The notes under the pieces are model-generated. The model did not search any database and was not told the origin of the DNA. It saw nothing but the letters and a program-made list of their open reading frames with translations. 64,000 nt of DNA from Tagaea sp. Lineage in GTDB: Bacteria; Pseudomonadota; Alphaproteobacteria; CACIAM-22H2. Location: positions 896,001 to 960,000 of the forward strand of contig CBDIIB010000005.1 of assembly GCA_965279525.1 (NCBI GenBank), read 5' to 3'. Shown here piece after piece: positions 1-8,697 of the stretch; position 1 is the first letter of the stretch, and each line of letters begins with the position of its first letter. The translations under genes were made by a program, and so were the position numbers.

Positions 1-1407
1 CGCGTCGGTGAACACGAACGCCTTGTAGCCGCCGTTGGGATCGCCCTTGTAGTAGTCCGGCGTCGTCGTGAAATCGACCTCGTAGGCGTGCAGCTTGTCG
101 CCGGTCTTGGGCTGGGTATAGGTCCACACGCCGGGCAGCTTCTCGTGCGGCACCGCCATGTCGTAATAGGGCGTGCCCGGATAGGTCGTGATGATCGTGC
201 AGTCGAAATCGTCGACCTTCATGCGCACGAGCCAGTCGCGGATGTCGAGGACCGAGGCTTCCGTTTCGCCCGGATGGCCGACCGACATCAGCGCCTTGAC
301 CTTGAGGCCGTGGCGTTTGGCGATCTCGACCGCGCGCGTGTTGTCTTCGAGCGACGCGCGCTTCTGGATGTTCTCGAGGATGCGGGGGTTCGCGGCCTCG
401 AAGCCGCACAGCAGCCAGCGGAAGCCCGCGCGGTACATCGCGGCGGCCTGCTCGTCGGTGAACAGCTCGGCCTTGACGAAGCCGCGCAGGCGGAACTCCA
501 CGCCCAGGCGCTTCTGCAATGCCGTGAGCGAATCCATCAGCTCGACCATCGATTTGCTGACGTTGAGCTCGTCGTCGTAGAACATGAAGCCGGTATAGCC
601 GTAGGCGCGGTGCAGGTCCTCGACCTCGCGCACGATCTGCGCGGTGGGCCGCGTGCGGATCACGCGCAGGCTCTTCGAATTGCGCCCGCCGCAGAAGCCG
701 CAGTTGAACGGGCAGCCGAGCTGCGCGATCAGGCTCGTCGCGGGGAAGGATTCGACCGAATACTTGTAGCTGGCGAGGTCGACGAGATGGCGGGCGGGCA
801 CGGGCGTGCGCGAATAGAGCGCGTCGTCCATGAAGAAGCCGCCCTTCATGTCGTCGCCGTCGACGACGCGCGGCGGTTCGGCCTTGGTCAGGGCCGCGAA
901 GACGGCAAGCTCGCCGTCGCCCGCGACCAGCACGTCGAACAGCGATTCGAGCTGGGCGGCCGCCTTGGACGCGCGGCCGCAGCCGGCCCGGGCGAGCTTG
1001 TTCTCGAGCTTCACGGCCGCATAGGTGAGGGTGACGTGCGGGCCGCCGAGGATCAGGCGTGCGTCCGGGCGCACCTCGCGCAGCCGGCGCGCGATCGCGG
1101 CGACGGCGGGCAGCTGCGGCGTGGTCGCCGTCAGCCCGAAGACCGTATCGTTCGACGCGCGCGCCCAGGATTCGAGCGCTTCGAGATAGTTCGCGATGCC
1201 CGAGAGATCGAGCAGGTTGACCCGCACGCCCTTGCGTTCGAGGGCGGCCGCGACCTTCAGGATCCCGAGGCTGACGAAGACGCGCTCGTCGAGCAGGAAC
1301 GCCGACGGCGGAATGACAAGCGTGACCGATGCGTGCAACTCGGCAAGCCGGGACGGGACGAGGTCGGGCGCAAAATCGACCGGTTCGCTGATCGGCGCTA
1401 CGCGCAT
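1..1407 (-). CDS. B12-binding domain radical SAM protein (3' end runs off the window; not in ORF track)
   Basis: Manual translation of the minus strand from ATG at 1407: MRVAPISEP...TLVIPPSAFLLDERVFVSLGILKVAAAL...LILGGPHV (cobalamin-binding fold), CPFNCGFC (CxxxCxxC at ~691-714), FMFYDDELN, GFEAANPRIL, TYPGTPYY. Frame open to position 1. Confidence 0.9.
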   Translation of the reverse strand, partial: MRVAPISEPVDFAPDLVPSRLAELHASVTLVIPPSAFLLDERVFVSLGILKVAAALERKGVRVNLLDLSGIANYLEALESWARASNDTVFGLTATTPQLPAVAAIARRLREVRPDARLILGGPHVTLTYAAVKLENKLARAGCGRASKAAAQLESLFDVLVAGDGELAVFAALTKAEPPRVVDGDDMKGGFFMDDALYSRTPVPARHLVDLASYKYSVESFPATSLIAQLGCPFNCGFCGGRNSKSLRVIRTRPTAQIVREVEDLHRAYGYTGFMFYDDELNVSKSMVELMDSLTALQKRLGVEFRLRGFVKAELFTDEQAAAMYRAGFRWLLCGFEAANPRILENIQKRASLEDNTRAVEIAKRHGLKVKALMSVGHPGETEASVLDIRDWLVRMKVDDFDCTIITTYPGTPYYDMAVPHEKLPGVWTYTQPKTGDKLHAYEVDFTTTPDYYKGDPNGGYKAFVFTDA

Positions 1408-1506
1408 TGGGGATTCTCTGGCTTCGGGACGCAAATTGCCGCTTTCGCGAAATATAGGTGCGCGATCATGAAAAGGATATAGGTCCGCGAACATAAAATG
1501 CCAACA

Positions 1507-2655
1507 CTAGGAATGTTCGCCGGACCGGCGACCGGCCTTCGCGGCCATCGTCAGGACCTGCTCGATCCCGTCGGCGAACGCCTGCGCGCCATAGCGCGGC
1601 CCGATCCACACGCGGGCGGCCTCGCCGAGCCTTGCGCCGAGACCCGGCTCTTCCATCAGCCGCGCGATGGCGGCGGCAAGCCGGTCGGGCTGACCGGGCG
1701 GATAGAGCAGCCCGGTCCGGCCGTCCTCGATCAGCTCGGGCGTTCCGCCCGCATCGGTGCCGACGACCGCGCGGCCGGCGCGCATCGCCTCGATCGTGAC
1801 GCGCCCGAGCCCTTCGCAGCGCGACGTCATCAGCACCGCATCCGCCTTCGCGAGCCGCGCGCCCAGCCGGTCGACATGGCCGTGGAACGAGACGTTCGCC
1901 GTGGCGCCTTCGCGGGCGGCGAGTGCGACGAGCTTCGCGGTGTAGCCGCGTCCGCCGGTGCCGAACAGATGGAGATGGACCTGGCGCCCGGCGCGCGCGA
2001 GGCGGCCGACCGCCGACACCGCATCGGCCTGCCCCTTCTGCGGATTGAGCGAACCCGGAAGCGCCAGATGGAAACGGCCCGCCGGTTCGAGATCGGGAAC
2101 CTCCGCCGCCGGCGTGGGCGGAATGAAATAGTCGACCTTGACGATCTTGTCGGGCCGGATGCGGCCGGCGAAATGGCGGGCAAGCGCGTCGGACGGTGCG
2201 ATGGCGCCCACGCACCAGCGGTCGAGCAACCGGCCCGTCGCCGCGTCGCCGAAATCGAAATGCAGGCTGTGGTCGGCCTTGCCGAACTCGTGCAGCCACC
2301 AGACATGCGGGATGCCGAGGGCGGCGGCCGCGCGTGCCGCCCCGCCGAACGTTGTCGACGCGGACAGCACCACGTCCGGCGCGAAGGAAGCGACGGCAGC
2401 ACGCGTCGCGTCGGCGGTGCGCCAGTTCGACCAGATGTTCCGCCAGCGGCGCCGGCCGCGCGTGGAGGCCCACACGCCGATCGGCGCGACCCGCCATTCG
2501 ACGCCACGCTTCTCGAGGGCCGCGACCATGCTGCCGTTCTCGGGCAGCAGCACGCCGGCCGTGAAGCCGCGCGGCGCAAGCGCGTCGATCGCCTCGACGA
2601 TCGGGCTCGTGGCGCCGCCGAGATCGCCCTGATGTGCGACGTAGAGGACTTTCAT
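1507..2655 (-). CDS. Glycosyltransferase family 4 (GT-B)
   Basis: MKVLYVAHQGDLGGA start; PQKGQ; SRCEGLGRVTIEAMRAG (EX7E); GGTPELIEDGRTG. Start trimmed from 2754. Confidence 0.9.
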   Translation of the reverse strand: MKVLYVAHQGDLGGATSPIVEAIDALAPRGFTAGVLLPENGSMVAALEKRGVEWRVAPIGVWASTRGRRRWRNIWSNWRTADATRAAVASFAPDVVLSASTTFGGAARAAAALGIPHVWWLHEFGKADHSLHFDFGDAATGRLLDRWCVGAIAPSDALARHFAGRIRPDKIVKVDYFIPPTPAAEVPDLEPAGRFHLALPGSLNPQKGQADAVSAVGRLARAGRQVHLHLFGTGGRGYTAKLVALAAREGATANVSFHGHVDRLGARLAKADAVLMTSRCEGLGRVTIEAMRAGRAVVGTDAGGTPELIEDGRTGLLYPPGQPDRLAAAIARLMEEPGLGARLGEAARVWIGPRYGAQAFADGIEQVLTMAAKAGRRSGEHS

Positions 2656-2661
2656 GGATCC

Positions 2662-2860
2662 TGCCGAAATGCCGGCGCAACCATGTATGCCGGCCCGCCC
2701 GAAGTCCAGAATCGACCGGTGTTGACGGCTTGTTGACGGCCTGTTGACGGTCAACGTCCGTCAACTCGCAAGTCTTTGAATTTCCTCGATAGCCAGTTGA
2801 CGGTTGACGTGACTCGCGTTTCGTTGACGAAACTTTTCGGCGAAATCCGGCATGTCGGCA
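2662..2860. repeat. Intergenic GTTGAC(GG)-repeat element bounded by imperfect 14-bp inverted repeats
   Basis: TGTTGACGG at 2720, 2731, 2742 (11-bp period); inverted GTCAAC copies at 2750 and 2760; GTTGACGGTTGACG at ~2796-2809; GTTGACG at 2823. Ends TGCCGAAATGCCGG (2662-2675) and CCGGCATGTCGGCA (2847-2860) match 13/14 as inverted repeats. Confidence 0.8.
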
Positions 2861-2865
2861 AACGC

Positions 2866-3303
2866 CTACTTTTCCGGGTCGTGCGTGCACCAACGGCGCA
2901 CCCAGTCGTCTGGCTCGAGACCATGCTTCTCGTGCTTGATGCCTTCGCAGCGCATCAAGATGCCGGGCAAGGGGATTGACAGATCCCGACCTGTCTCGAC
3001 ATCGACGATCTTTCTGCCGCTGATTTCGTTGTAGCTGCAGATCAGGATGGCATTGCGAAATATCTCGTAGCTCGCATAGTACGTGATGATGTGGACCGCG
3101 CCGTCTGGCAGAACTTCCGCCACATCGCGATCCGGTTGCCACGGCGGACCGTCGGTATGCTGGTCGAGCGATGCGCTGATGAACTTCAGCGATGGCTTCT
3201 CGGGATGCACGAGCGGACACTCGGTTTCCTTCGGCCACGCACCGGCCGGGACACAATCTGAGACCGAATACAGGAAAGCGCATGCGAAGATGATCAAGCG
3301 CAT
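2866..3303 (-). CDS. Small secreted Cys-containing hypothetical protein, immunity-protein-like
   Basis: N-terminal signal peptide MRLIIFACAFLYSVS; SD-like GAGG upstream; mature CP...LICSY...LSIPLP...RC...WC pattern recalling STY0301-type proteins (from memory); visibly lower GC than its neighbours. Confidence 0.65.
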   Translation of the reverse strand: MRLIIFACAFLYSVSDCVPAGAWPKETECPLVHPEKPSLKFISASLDQHTDGPPWQPDRDVAEVLPDGAVHIITYYASYEIFRNAILICSYNEISGRKIVDVETGRDLSIPLPGILMRCEGIKHEKHGLEPDDWVRRWCTHDPEK

Positions 3304-3312
3304 TGTTGGCCT

Positions 3313-3636
3313 CTATTCCCGGGTAGGCGGGCGGGCGGCCGGCGCCTGTGCCGTCTGCAGATCGGATGCGGCATCGCTCTCGCTCCGTTCGGCGACCAGC
3401 ATCGCTTCGGCGCGCTCGTCGTTGCGGTGCAGGAGATTGCGCATCTGCGGTACACCGTCGCGGTCGGGGCGGAAATCCATCGTGCGGATGCCGGCGGGAA
3501 CGATCCCGCCGGGCGTTTTGCCCAGGAACCGGCTGCGGCTGTCGTCGTCGCGCCGCGTGTCGAAACCGCGGCCCGCGTGGCCGGCAAGATCGAACCAGTC
3601 GGAAGCGGCGGCGAAGGAAGAAGCGGGCTGGCGCAT
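3313..3636 (-). CDS. Hypothetical protein (107 aa), possibly the N-terminal stub of a longer effector
   Basis: ATG at 3636 preceded by GGAG and a consensus-like promoter; its stop lies 9 nt upstream of the next ORF's ATG. Confidence 0.5.
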   Translation of the reverse strand: MRQPASSFAAASDWFDLAGHAGRGFDTRRDDDSRSRFLGKTPGGIVPAGIRTMDFRPDRDGVPQMRNLLHRNDERAEAMLVAERSESDAASDLQTAQAPAARPPTRE

Positions 3637-3664
3637 GGGACACTCCGGGGTTGCAGTCATCCGG

Positions 3665-3693
3665 AATGTACCGCCTCAGAATTTATAGGTCAA
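3665..3693 (-). promoter_or_regulatory. Sigma70-type promoter for the 3636/3303 operon
   Basis: Minus strand TTGACC-N17-TACATT with an AT-rich upstream tract (3694-3720). Confidence 0.7.
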
Positions 3694-3720
3694 TAATCTT
3701 GTAGCAGTAATATTTTCTCC

Positions 3721-4458
3721 CTACGCGATCTCCCGCACCAGCTTGTGGGCGATGGCGGCGGCGAAATCGGCGTAGCGGCGCACGGGCACCACGAAGGCGC
3801 CGGGGCCGCCGATCACCTCGCGCCGGTAGATCGTGTCGAGATTCGGCTCGTCGGTCAGGATCGGCAGGCCGTTGATGCCGATGCCTGCCGCCACGGCCGC
3901 ATCGCGCGCGTAGCGCGCCAGGCGGCCCTGGTTGTTCGAGCCGTCGCCCGACACGTCGATGACGTTGCGCAGGCTCGCGAACGGGCACTGCGCCAGCACG
4001 CCGCGCGCGTGGTCGATGGCCCCGCCCAGCGCCGTCGCGTCGTCGTCGGTCAGCCGCGGCTGGGCGGACAGGCGGGCGGCAAAGGCGTCGATGGCGGCCG
4101 GCCGGTCGAGCAGCATCCAGCCGATCGCCACATGCTGCACACGTGCACCTGCCCACTGGGTCATCGACACGGCGATGCGCTTTTCCCGGCCGCCCAGGAT
4201 CGCCCGGCGCACGCGGTCGTTGCGGAAGGCGGCGGCATAGCCCTCGGCCTGCAGGCGGTATTCGCCCGCATCGACCGAGCGCGAACAGTCCACCGCGAGC
4301 ACGAGGTTGACGTCGCTGGGCGGCAGGGTGAAAGGCTGGGTCGGGTCGATGCCGGCGGCCGGCTGGGCAATGCCGGGCCCCGCCCGGCCGGCGATTGCCA
4401 GGGCACCCAATCCCGCCAGGAAACGCCGGCGGGCCTTGAACGGGCGGATTGGGGCCAT
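3721..4458 (-). CDS. DUF1194 / vWA-like domain protein with Tat-type signal
   Basis: RRRFLAGLGAL twin-arginine-like leader; LVLAVDCSRSVD (MIDAS DxSxS); VIDVSGDGSNNQG; INGLPI; VIGGPGAFV. Start trimmed to ATG 4458. Confidence 0.85.
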   Translation of the reverse strand: MAPIRPFKARRRFLAGLGALAIAGRAGPGIAQPAAGIDPTQPFTLPPSDVNLVLAVDCSRSVDAGEYRLQAEGYAAAFRNDRVRRAILGGREKRIAVSMTQWAGARVQHVAIGWMLLDRPAAIDAFAARLSAQPRLTDDDATALGGAIDHARGVLAQCPFASLRNVIDVSGDGSNNQGRLARYARDAAVAAGIGINGLPILTDEPNLDTIYRREVIGGPGAFVVPVRRYADFAAAIAHKLVREIA

Positions 4459-4575
4459 GCGAGCCTCCGATTGACGAAAGGATGCGCCCCGGCCCCCGGC
4501 CCCTGTCAAGGTCGATTGCCCCAAGCCCCGGAATTTGCGAGGTTCCCGCCCGTTCTGCTGGCCGAGGGCCCGACC

Positions 4576-5730
4576 ATCCGCATCCTGCACGTCATCGCTT
4601 CGATCGCCGCCAGTACCGGCGGGCCGGCCCGCGCCGTCGTCGACATGGCGCGCGCGGTGGCCGCGCGCGGCCACGACGTGTCGATCTACACGACCGACCG
4701 CGACATGACGGCCGCCGAACGTGCCGCCCCGCCGCCGGACGACGGCGTCGAGCGCCATGTTTTCCCGCAAGGCTTTCCGCGCCTGTTCGCGACGAGCTGG
4801 CCGCTGGCGCGCGCGCTCGACGACGCGATCCCGAAGGCCGACATCGTCCATATCCATTCGCTCTACCTGTTCCATGTCTGGTACGCCGCACGCGTCTGCC
4901 GGAAGCACGGCGTGCCCTATATCCTGCGCCCGCACGGCTCGCTCGACCCGTTCTTGTGGAAGCGCCACCGCGCGCGCAAGAAGCTGCTCGAGCTTGCCTT
5001 CCAGGACCGCGTGATCGCGGGCGCCGCCGCCCTCCATTACACCGCCGAAGAAGAAATGCGCCTCGCCGCCCCCTACGTCCACGGTGCCAAGGGCGTGGTC
5101 GTGCCCAACGGGCTCGACATGGCGGCCTATGCCGAGCTGCCGCCCAAGGGCGGTTTCATCGCGCGCCATCCCGAACTTGCGGGCACGAAGCCCGTGCTGT
5201 TCCTGAGCCGCATCAATTTCAAGAAGGGGCTCGACGTGCTGATCCCCGCCTTCGCCAAGGCGCTGGCGGCCGACCCCGCCTTGCGCCTCGTCATCGCCGG
5301 GCCCGACGACGGCTACAAGGCGACGGCCGAAGGCTTCGCCGCTTCGGCCGGCGTGGCCGACAAGATCGTGTGGGTCGGCATGCTCGATGCTGCGGCCAAG
5401 CGCGACGCGTTTGCCGACTGCGCGCTGTTCGCGCTGCCGTCATGGAGCGAGAATTTCGGCATCGCCATCGTCGAGGCGATGGCGTGCGGCGTGCCGGTCG
5501 TGATCTCCGACCGCGTCAATATCTGGCGCGAGATCGAGGCGGCCGGTGCCGGCCTCGTCTCGCCGCCCGACGTGGACTCGGTCGCGGCGCACATCCTGCT
5601 GCTGGCGGGCGACCCGGCGCGTGCTGCGCGCATTGGATCGGCGGGGCGAAAGCTCGCCCAGGCGCGCTATGATTGGGCGAAGGTCGCGGTCGATCTCGAA
5701 CGCGTCTATTCGGAGCATCGCCGCCAATGA
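4576..5730 (+). CDS. Glycosyltransferase family 4 (start codon uncertain: ATC 4576 or TTG 4516)
   Basis: (I)RILHVIASIAASTGGP; FLSRINFKKGLD; PSWSENFGIAIVEAMACGVPVV. Confidence 0.88.
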   Translation: MRILHVIASIAASTGGPARAVVDMARAVAARGHDVSIYTTDRDMTAAERAAPPPDDGVERHVFPQGFPRLFATSWPLARALDDAIPKADIVHIHSLYLFHVWYAARVCRKHGVPYILRPHGSLDPFLWKRHRARKKLLELAFQDRVIAGAAALHYTAEEEMRLAAPYVHGAKGVVVPNGLDMAAYAELPPKGGFIARHPELAGTKPVLFLSRINFKKGLDVLIPAFAKALAADPALRLVIAGPDDGYKATAEGFAASAGVADKIVWVGMLDAAAKRDAFADCALFALPSWSENFGIAIVEAMACGVPVVISDRVNIWREIEAAGAGLVSPPDVDSVAAHILLLAGDPARAARIGSAGRKLAQARYDWAKVAVDLERVYSEHRRQ

Positions 5731-6575
5731 CGCCCGGTTCCGTCCCCGTCTCGGTCATCGTGCTGACGTTCAATTCCGCCGCGACGATCGGCGCCACGCT
5801 GGATTCGCTCGTCGGTCTCACGGACGACGTGCACGTGGTCGATTCAGGCTCGACCGACGAGACCCGCACCATCGTCGCCGCAAAAGGCGCGAAGCTCGTC
5901 GAGCATCCGTTCGAGAATTACGGCGCCCAGCGCAACTGGGCCATCGCGAACCTTGCGCTCGCACACCCCTGGCAGCTCCATCTGGATGCCGACGAACGGC
6001 TGACACCCGAGCTGAAGGCCGAGATCGCGGCACTACTGGCCACGCCCGTCGACGACGCGATCGGCGGCTTCTACGTGCCGCGCCTCGTGCATTTCCATGG
6101 CCAGCCGTTGCGCCACGGCGGCATGTACCCGATCTATCACATGCGCCTGTTCCGAACGGGGCGCGGGCGCTGCGAGGCGCGCAAGTACGACCAGCATTTC
6201 CACGCCGACGGGCGCACGGAAAAACTCGCGCACCCGATGATCGACGACATCCGCCTGACGCTGTCGGAATGGACGGTGCGCCACAATCGCTGGGCCGACG
6301 CCGAAGTCGACGAGATCCTCAATCCCGGCGGCGACGGCGTCATCGCGGCAGGCAGCGGCGATCCGGTCGCCGAGAAGCGGCGCGCGCGCGGCTGGTACTA
6401 CCGCGCCCCCCTGTTCGCGCGCGCGTTCGCGCTGTTCTTCTACCGCTACGTGATCCGGCTCGGCTTTCTCGACGGCAAGGACGGGCTGGTGTTCTACGTT
6501 CTGCAGACGCTGTGGTTCCGCTTCCTCGTCGACGCCAAGCTGCGCGAGCGGCTGAAGACGGAGGGCCGCCGGTGA
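5727..6575 (+). CDS. Glycosyltransferase family 2
   Basis: VSVIVLTFNS; VVDSGSTDET; QRNWA; LDADE (DxD). ATGA overlap with the upstream gene. Confidence 0.92.
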   Translation: MTPGSVPVSVIVLTFNSAATIGATLDSLVGLTDDVHVVDSGSTDETRTIVAAKGAKLVEHPFENYGAQRNWAIANLALAHPWQLHLDADERLTPELKAEIAALLATPVDDAIGGFYVPRLVHFHGQPLRHGGMYPIYHMRLFRTGRGRCEARKYDQHFHADGRTEKLAHPMIDDIRLTLSEWTVRHNRWADAEVDEILNPGGDGVIAAGSGDPVAEKRRARGWYYRAPLFARAFALFFYRYVIRLGFLDGKDGLVFYVLQTLWFRFLVDAKLRERLKTEGRR

Positions 6576-7504
6576 GCGATCCGTGCCTGTTCTGCGGCGA
6601 GCCCACGCGCGTGGCCGAGCCGCACATCGTCGACAACCGCTTCGGCTCGCCCGGCGAGTACGCGATCCATGCGTGCGCCGCGTGCGGCGGCCGGCAGACC
6701 TTCCCGCGACCCGATGCGCCGGCGCTGAAAGCACTCTACGAGCGCTGGTACAATTACGGCGGCAAGACCGACGCCGGATATGCGTCCGCCCGCGAGGCGT
6801 TCCTGTTCTCGCCCTTCTACCGGCTGATGCTCGCCCTCGACGGCGACGTTTCCTTCCATGCGGTGCCTGGCACCGGTCGGCTCATCGACATCGGCTGCAA
6901 CGAGGGGCGCGGGCTTGCCCTCTATCGGCGCAACGGCTTTGCGGCTGAGGGGCTCGAACTCAACAGCCATGCGGCGGCGGCGGCACGCGCGCGCGGCTTC
7001 ACCGTGCACGAGACATGGATCGAGGATTTCACGCCGGCGGCCCCCTTCGACGTCGCGGTGCTGTCCAACGTGCTCGAGCACGCGTCCGACCCGCGCATCA
7101 TGCTGAAACACGTCAAGCGCATCCTGCGGCCCGGCGGCGAGGTATGGATCAGCCTGCCCAACGCCGAGTCCGCGATGATCGGTCTCGCCGGGCCGGACTG
7201 GATCAACTGGCACGTGCCCTTCCACATCGTGCATTTCACGCGTGCGCGCCTCACGCGCCTGCTCGAGGAAGAAGGCTTTGCCGTGCGCGGCGTGCGCAAC
7301 GTCACGCCGGCGCTGTGGGTGGCGCAGAGCGCCATCGCGCGCCTGTGGCGCAAGGATCCGGCGGCGACGATCCGCCTGCAACGCAAGACGCTTCTCGTCG
7401 CTTCGTTCATGGCGATCGCGCGCGGCCTGCTGTTTCCCGTCCTGTGGGGCTGGAACCGCACGGGCCGCGGCGACTGCCTGGTCGTGCGCGCAAGGCGCGC
7501 CTGA
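6572..7504 (+). CDS. Class I SAM-dependent methyltransferase with N-terminal CxxC...CxxC
   Basis: CLFCG...CAACG; LIDIGCNEG (motif I); VLEHASDP; LRPGG; SLPN. GTGA overlap. Confidence 0.88.
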   Translation: MSDPCLFCGEPTRVAEPHIVDNRFGSPGEYAIHACAACGGRQTFPRPDAPALKALYERWYNYGGKTDAGYASAREAFLFSPFYRLMLALDGDVSFHAVPGTGRLIDIGCNEGRGLALYRRNGFAAEGLELNSHAAAAARARGFTVHETWIEDFTPAAPFDVAVLSNVLEHASDPRIMLKHVKRILRPGGEVWISLPNAESAMIGLAGPDWINWHVPFHIVHFTRARLTRLLEEEGFAVRGVRNVTPALWVAQSAIARLWRKDPAATIRLQRKTLLVASFMAIARGLLFPVLWGWNRTGRGDCLVVRARRA

Positions 7505-8697
7505 TGCGCATCCTCGTCCACGACTATCCGGGCCATGCGTTCCCCGTGCAGCTGTCGCGCGCCCTTGCCGCGCGTGGCCACACGGTGCGCCATCTGTCGT
7601 TCCCCGAGTTCGAAGCACCCAAAGGGCCGTTGGCGCGCAAGGACAGCGATCCCGCGAATTTCGAGACCGAGTTCCTCGACCTTGGTGAACCGTTCGCCAA
7701 GCACAGCTTCGTCAGGCGCTGGCGCCAGGAACGCCGGCTTGGCGTGCTTGCCGAGCGCGCCGTCGCGCGGTGGAAGCCGGACGTGGTGCTGGCCGGCAAC
7801 GCGCCCATCGACGTGCAGGCCGGCACGATGCGCGGCGCCCATGCGGCCGGTGCGGGCTTCGTCTACTGGCTGCAGGACATCGTCGGCATCGCCATGCGCC
7901 GCATCCTCGGGCACCGGCTGTCGCTGCCCGGCACGCTGATCGGCATGGCCTACGAGTGGCGCGAGAAACGGATGCTGCGGGCATCCGATGCCGTCGTCTC
8001 GATCACGGCGGATTTCGAGCCGCTGCTGGAAGGCTGGGGTGTGGCGAAGGCGCGCATCCACACGATCGAAAACTGGGCCGCGCGCGAGGAGATCGCGTTC
8101 GCACCGCGCGACAACGCCTGGGCACGGACGCACGGGCTCGTCGGCAAGACCGTGTTCCTCTATTCGGGAACGCTCGGTCTCAAGCACGATCCGAGCCTGC
8201 TGCTCGACCTTGCCCGCACGCAGCCGGACGCCACGGTCGTCGTCAATTCCGAGGGCCGCGGGGCGGACTGGCTGCGCGCGAACGGCGATGGCGCGTCCAA
8301 CCTGCGCGTCCTGCCCTTCCAGCCTTTCGCGCGGCTGGGCGAGGTGCTGGCCAGCGCCGACGTGCTGGTCGCGGTGCTCGAGCCGGATGCCGGGATCTTC
8401 TCGGTCCCGTCCAAGGTGCTCACCTATCTGTGCGCCGGACGGCCGCTGCTGCTGGCCGTTCCGCCCGCCAATCTCGCCGCGCGCATCGTGCTGCGCGAGG
8501 GGGCTGGGCTTGCCGCCGATCCGGGCGACCGGGCCGGATTCCTCGCCGCCGCCGGCAAGCTGGCCGGGGACCCCGCTTCGCGCGCCGCCATGGGCGCCAA
8601 GGCGCTGGACTACGCGGCGAAGACCTTCGATATTGCCGCAATTGCGGCACGATTCGACGCGATACTCGCGCACGCCGCACAACGACGGACGCCATGA
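7504..8697 (+). CDS. Glycosyltransferase family 4 (WcaI-like)
   Basis: MRILVHDYPGHAF; YWLQD; LYSGTLGLKH; SVPSKVLTYLCAGRP. Confidence 0.88.
   Translation: MRILVHDYPGHAFPVQLSRALAARGHTVRHLSFPEFEAPKGPLARKDSDPANFETEFLDLGEPFAKHSFVRRWRQERRLGVLAERAVARWKPDVVLAGNAPIDVQAGTMRGAHAAGAGFVYWLQDIVGIAMRRILGHRLSLPGTLIGMAYEWREKRMLRASDAVVSITADFEPLLEGWGVAKARIHTIENWAAREEIAFAPRDNAWARTHGLVGKTVFLYSGTLGLKHDPSLLLDLARTQPDATVVVNSEGRGADWLRANGDGASNLRVLPFQPFARLGEVLASADVLVAVLEPDAGIFSVPSKVLTYLCAGRPLLLAVPPANLAARIVLREGAGLAADPGDRAGFLAAAGKLAGDPASRAAMGAKALDYAAKTFDIAAIAARFDAILAHAAQRRTP

Noticed and set aside
88-1482. 464-aa plus-strand ORF
   Set aside because: Antisense shadow of the radical SAM gene; no motifs.
2720-2830. GTTGAC repeats as a CRISPR array
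   Set aside because: Units are only 6-11 bp, there are no ~30-bp unique spacers and no cas genes.
1466-3643. 725-aa minus-strand ORF crossing the islet, repeat element and GT4
   Set aside because: Arg/Pro-rich off-frame read-through over better-supported ORFs; expected in high-GC DNA.
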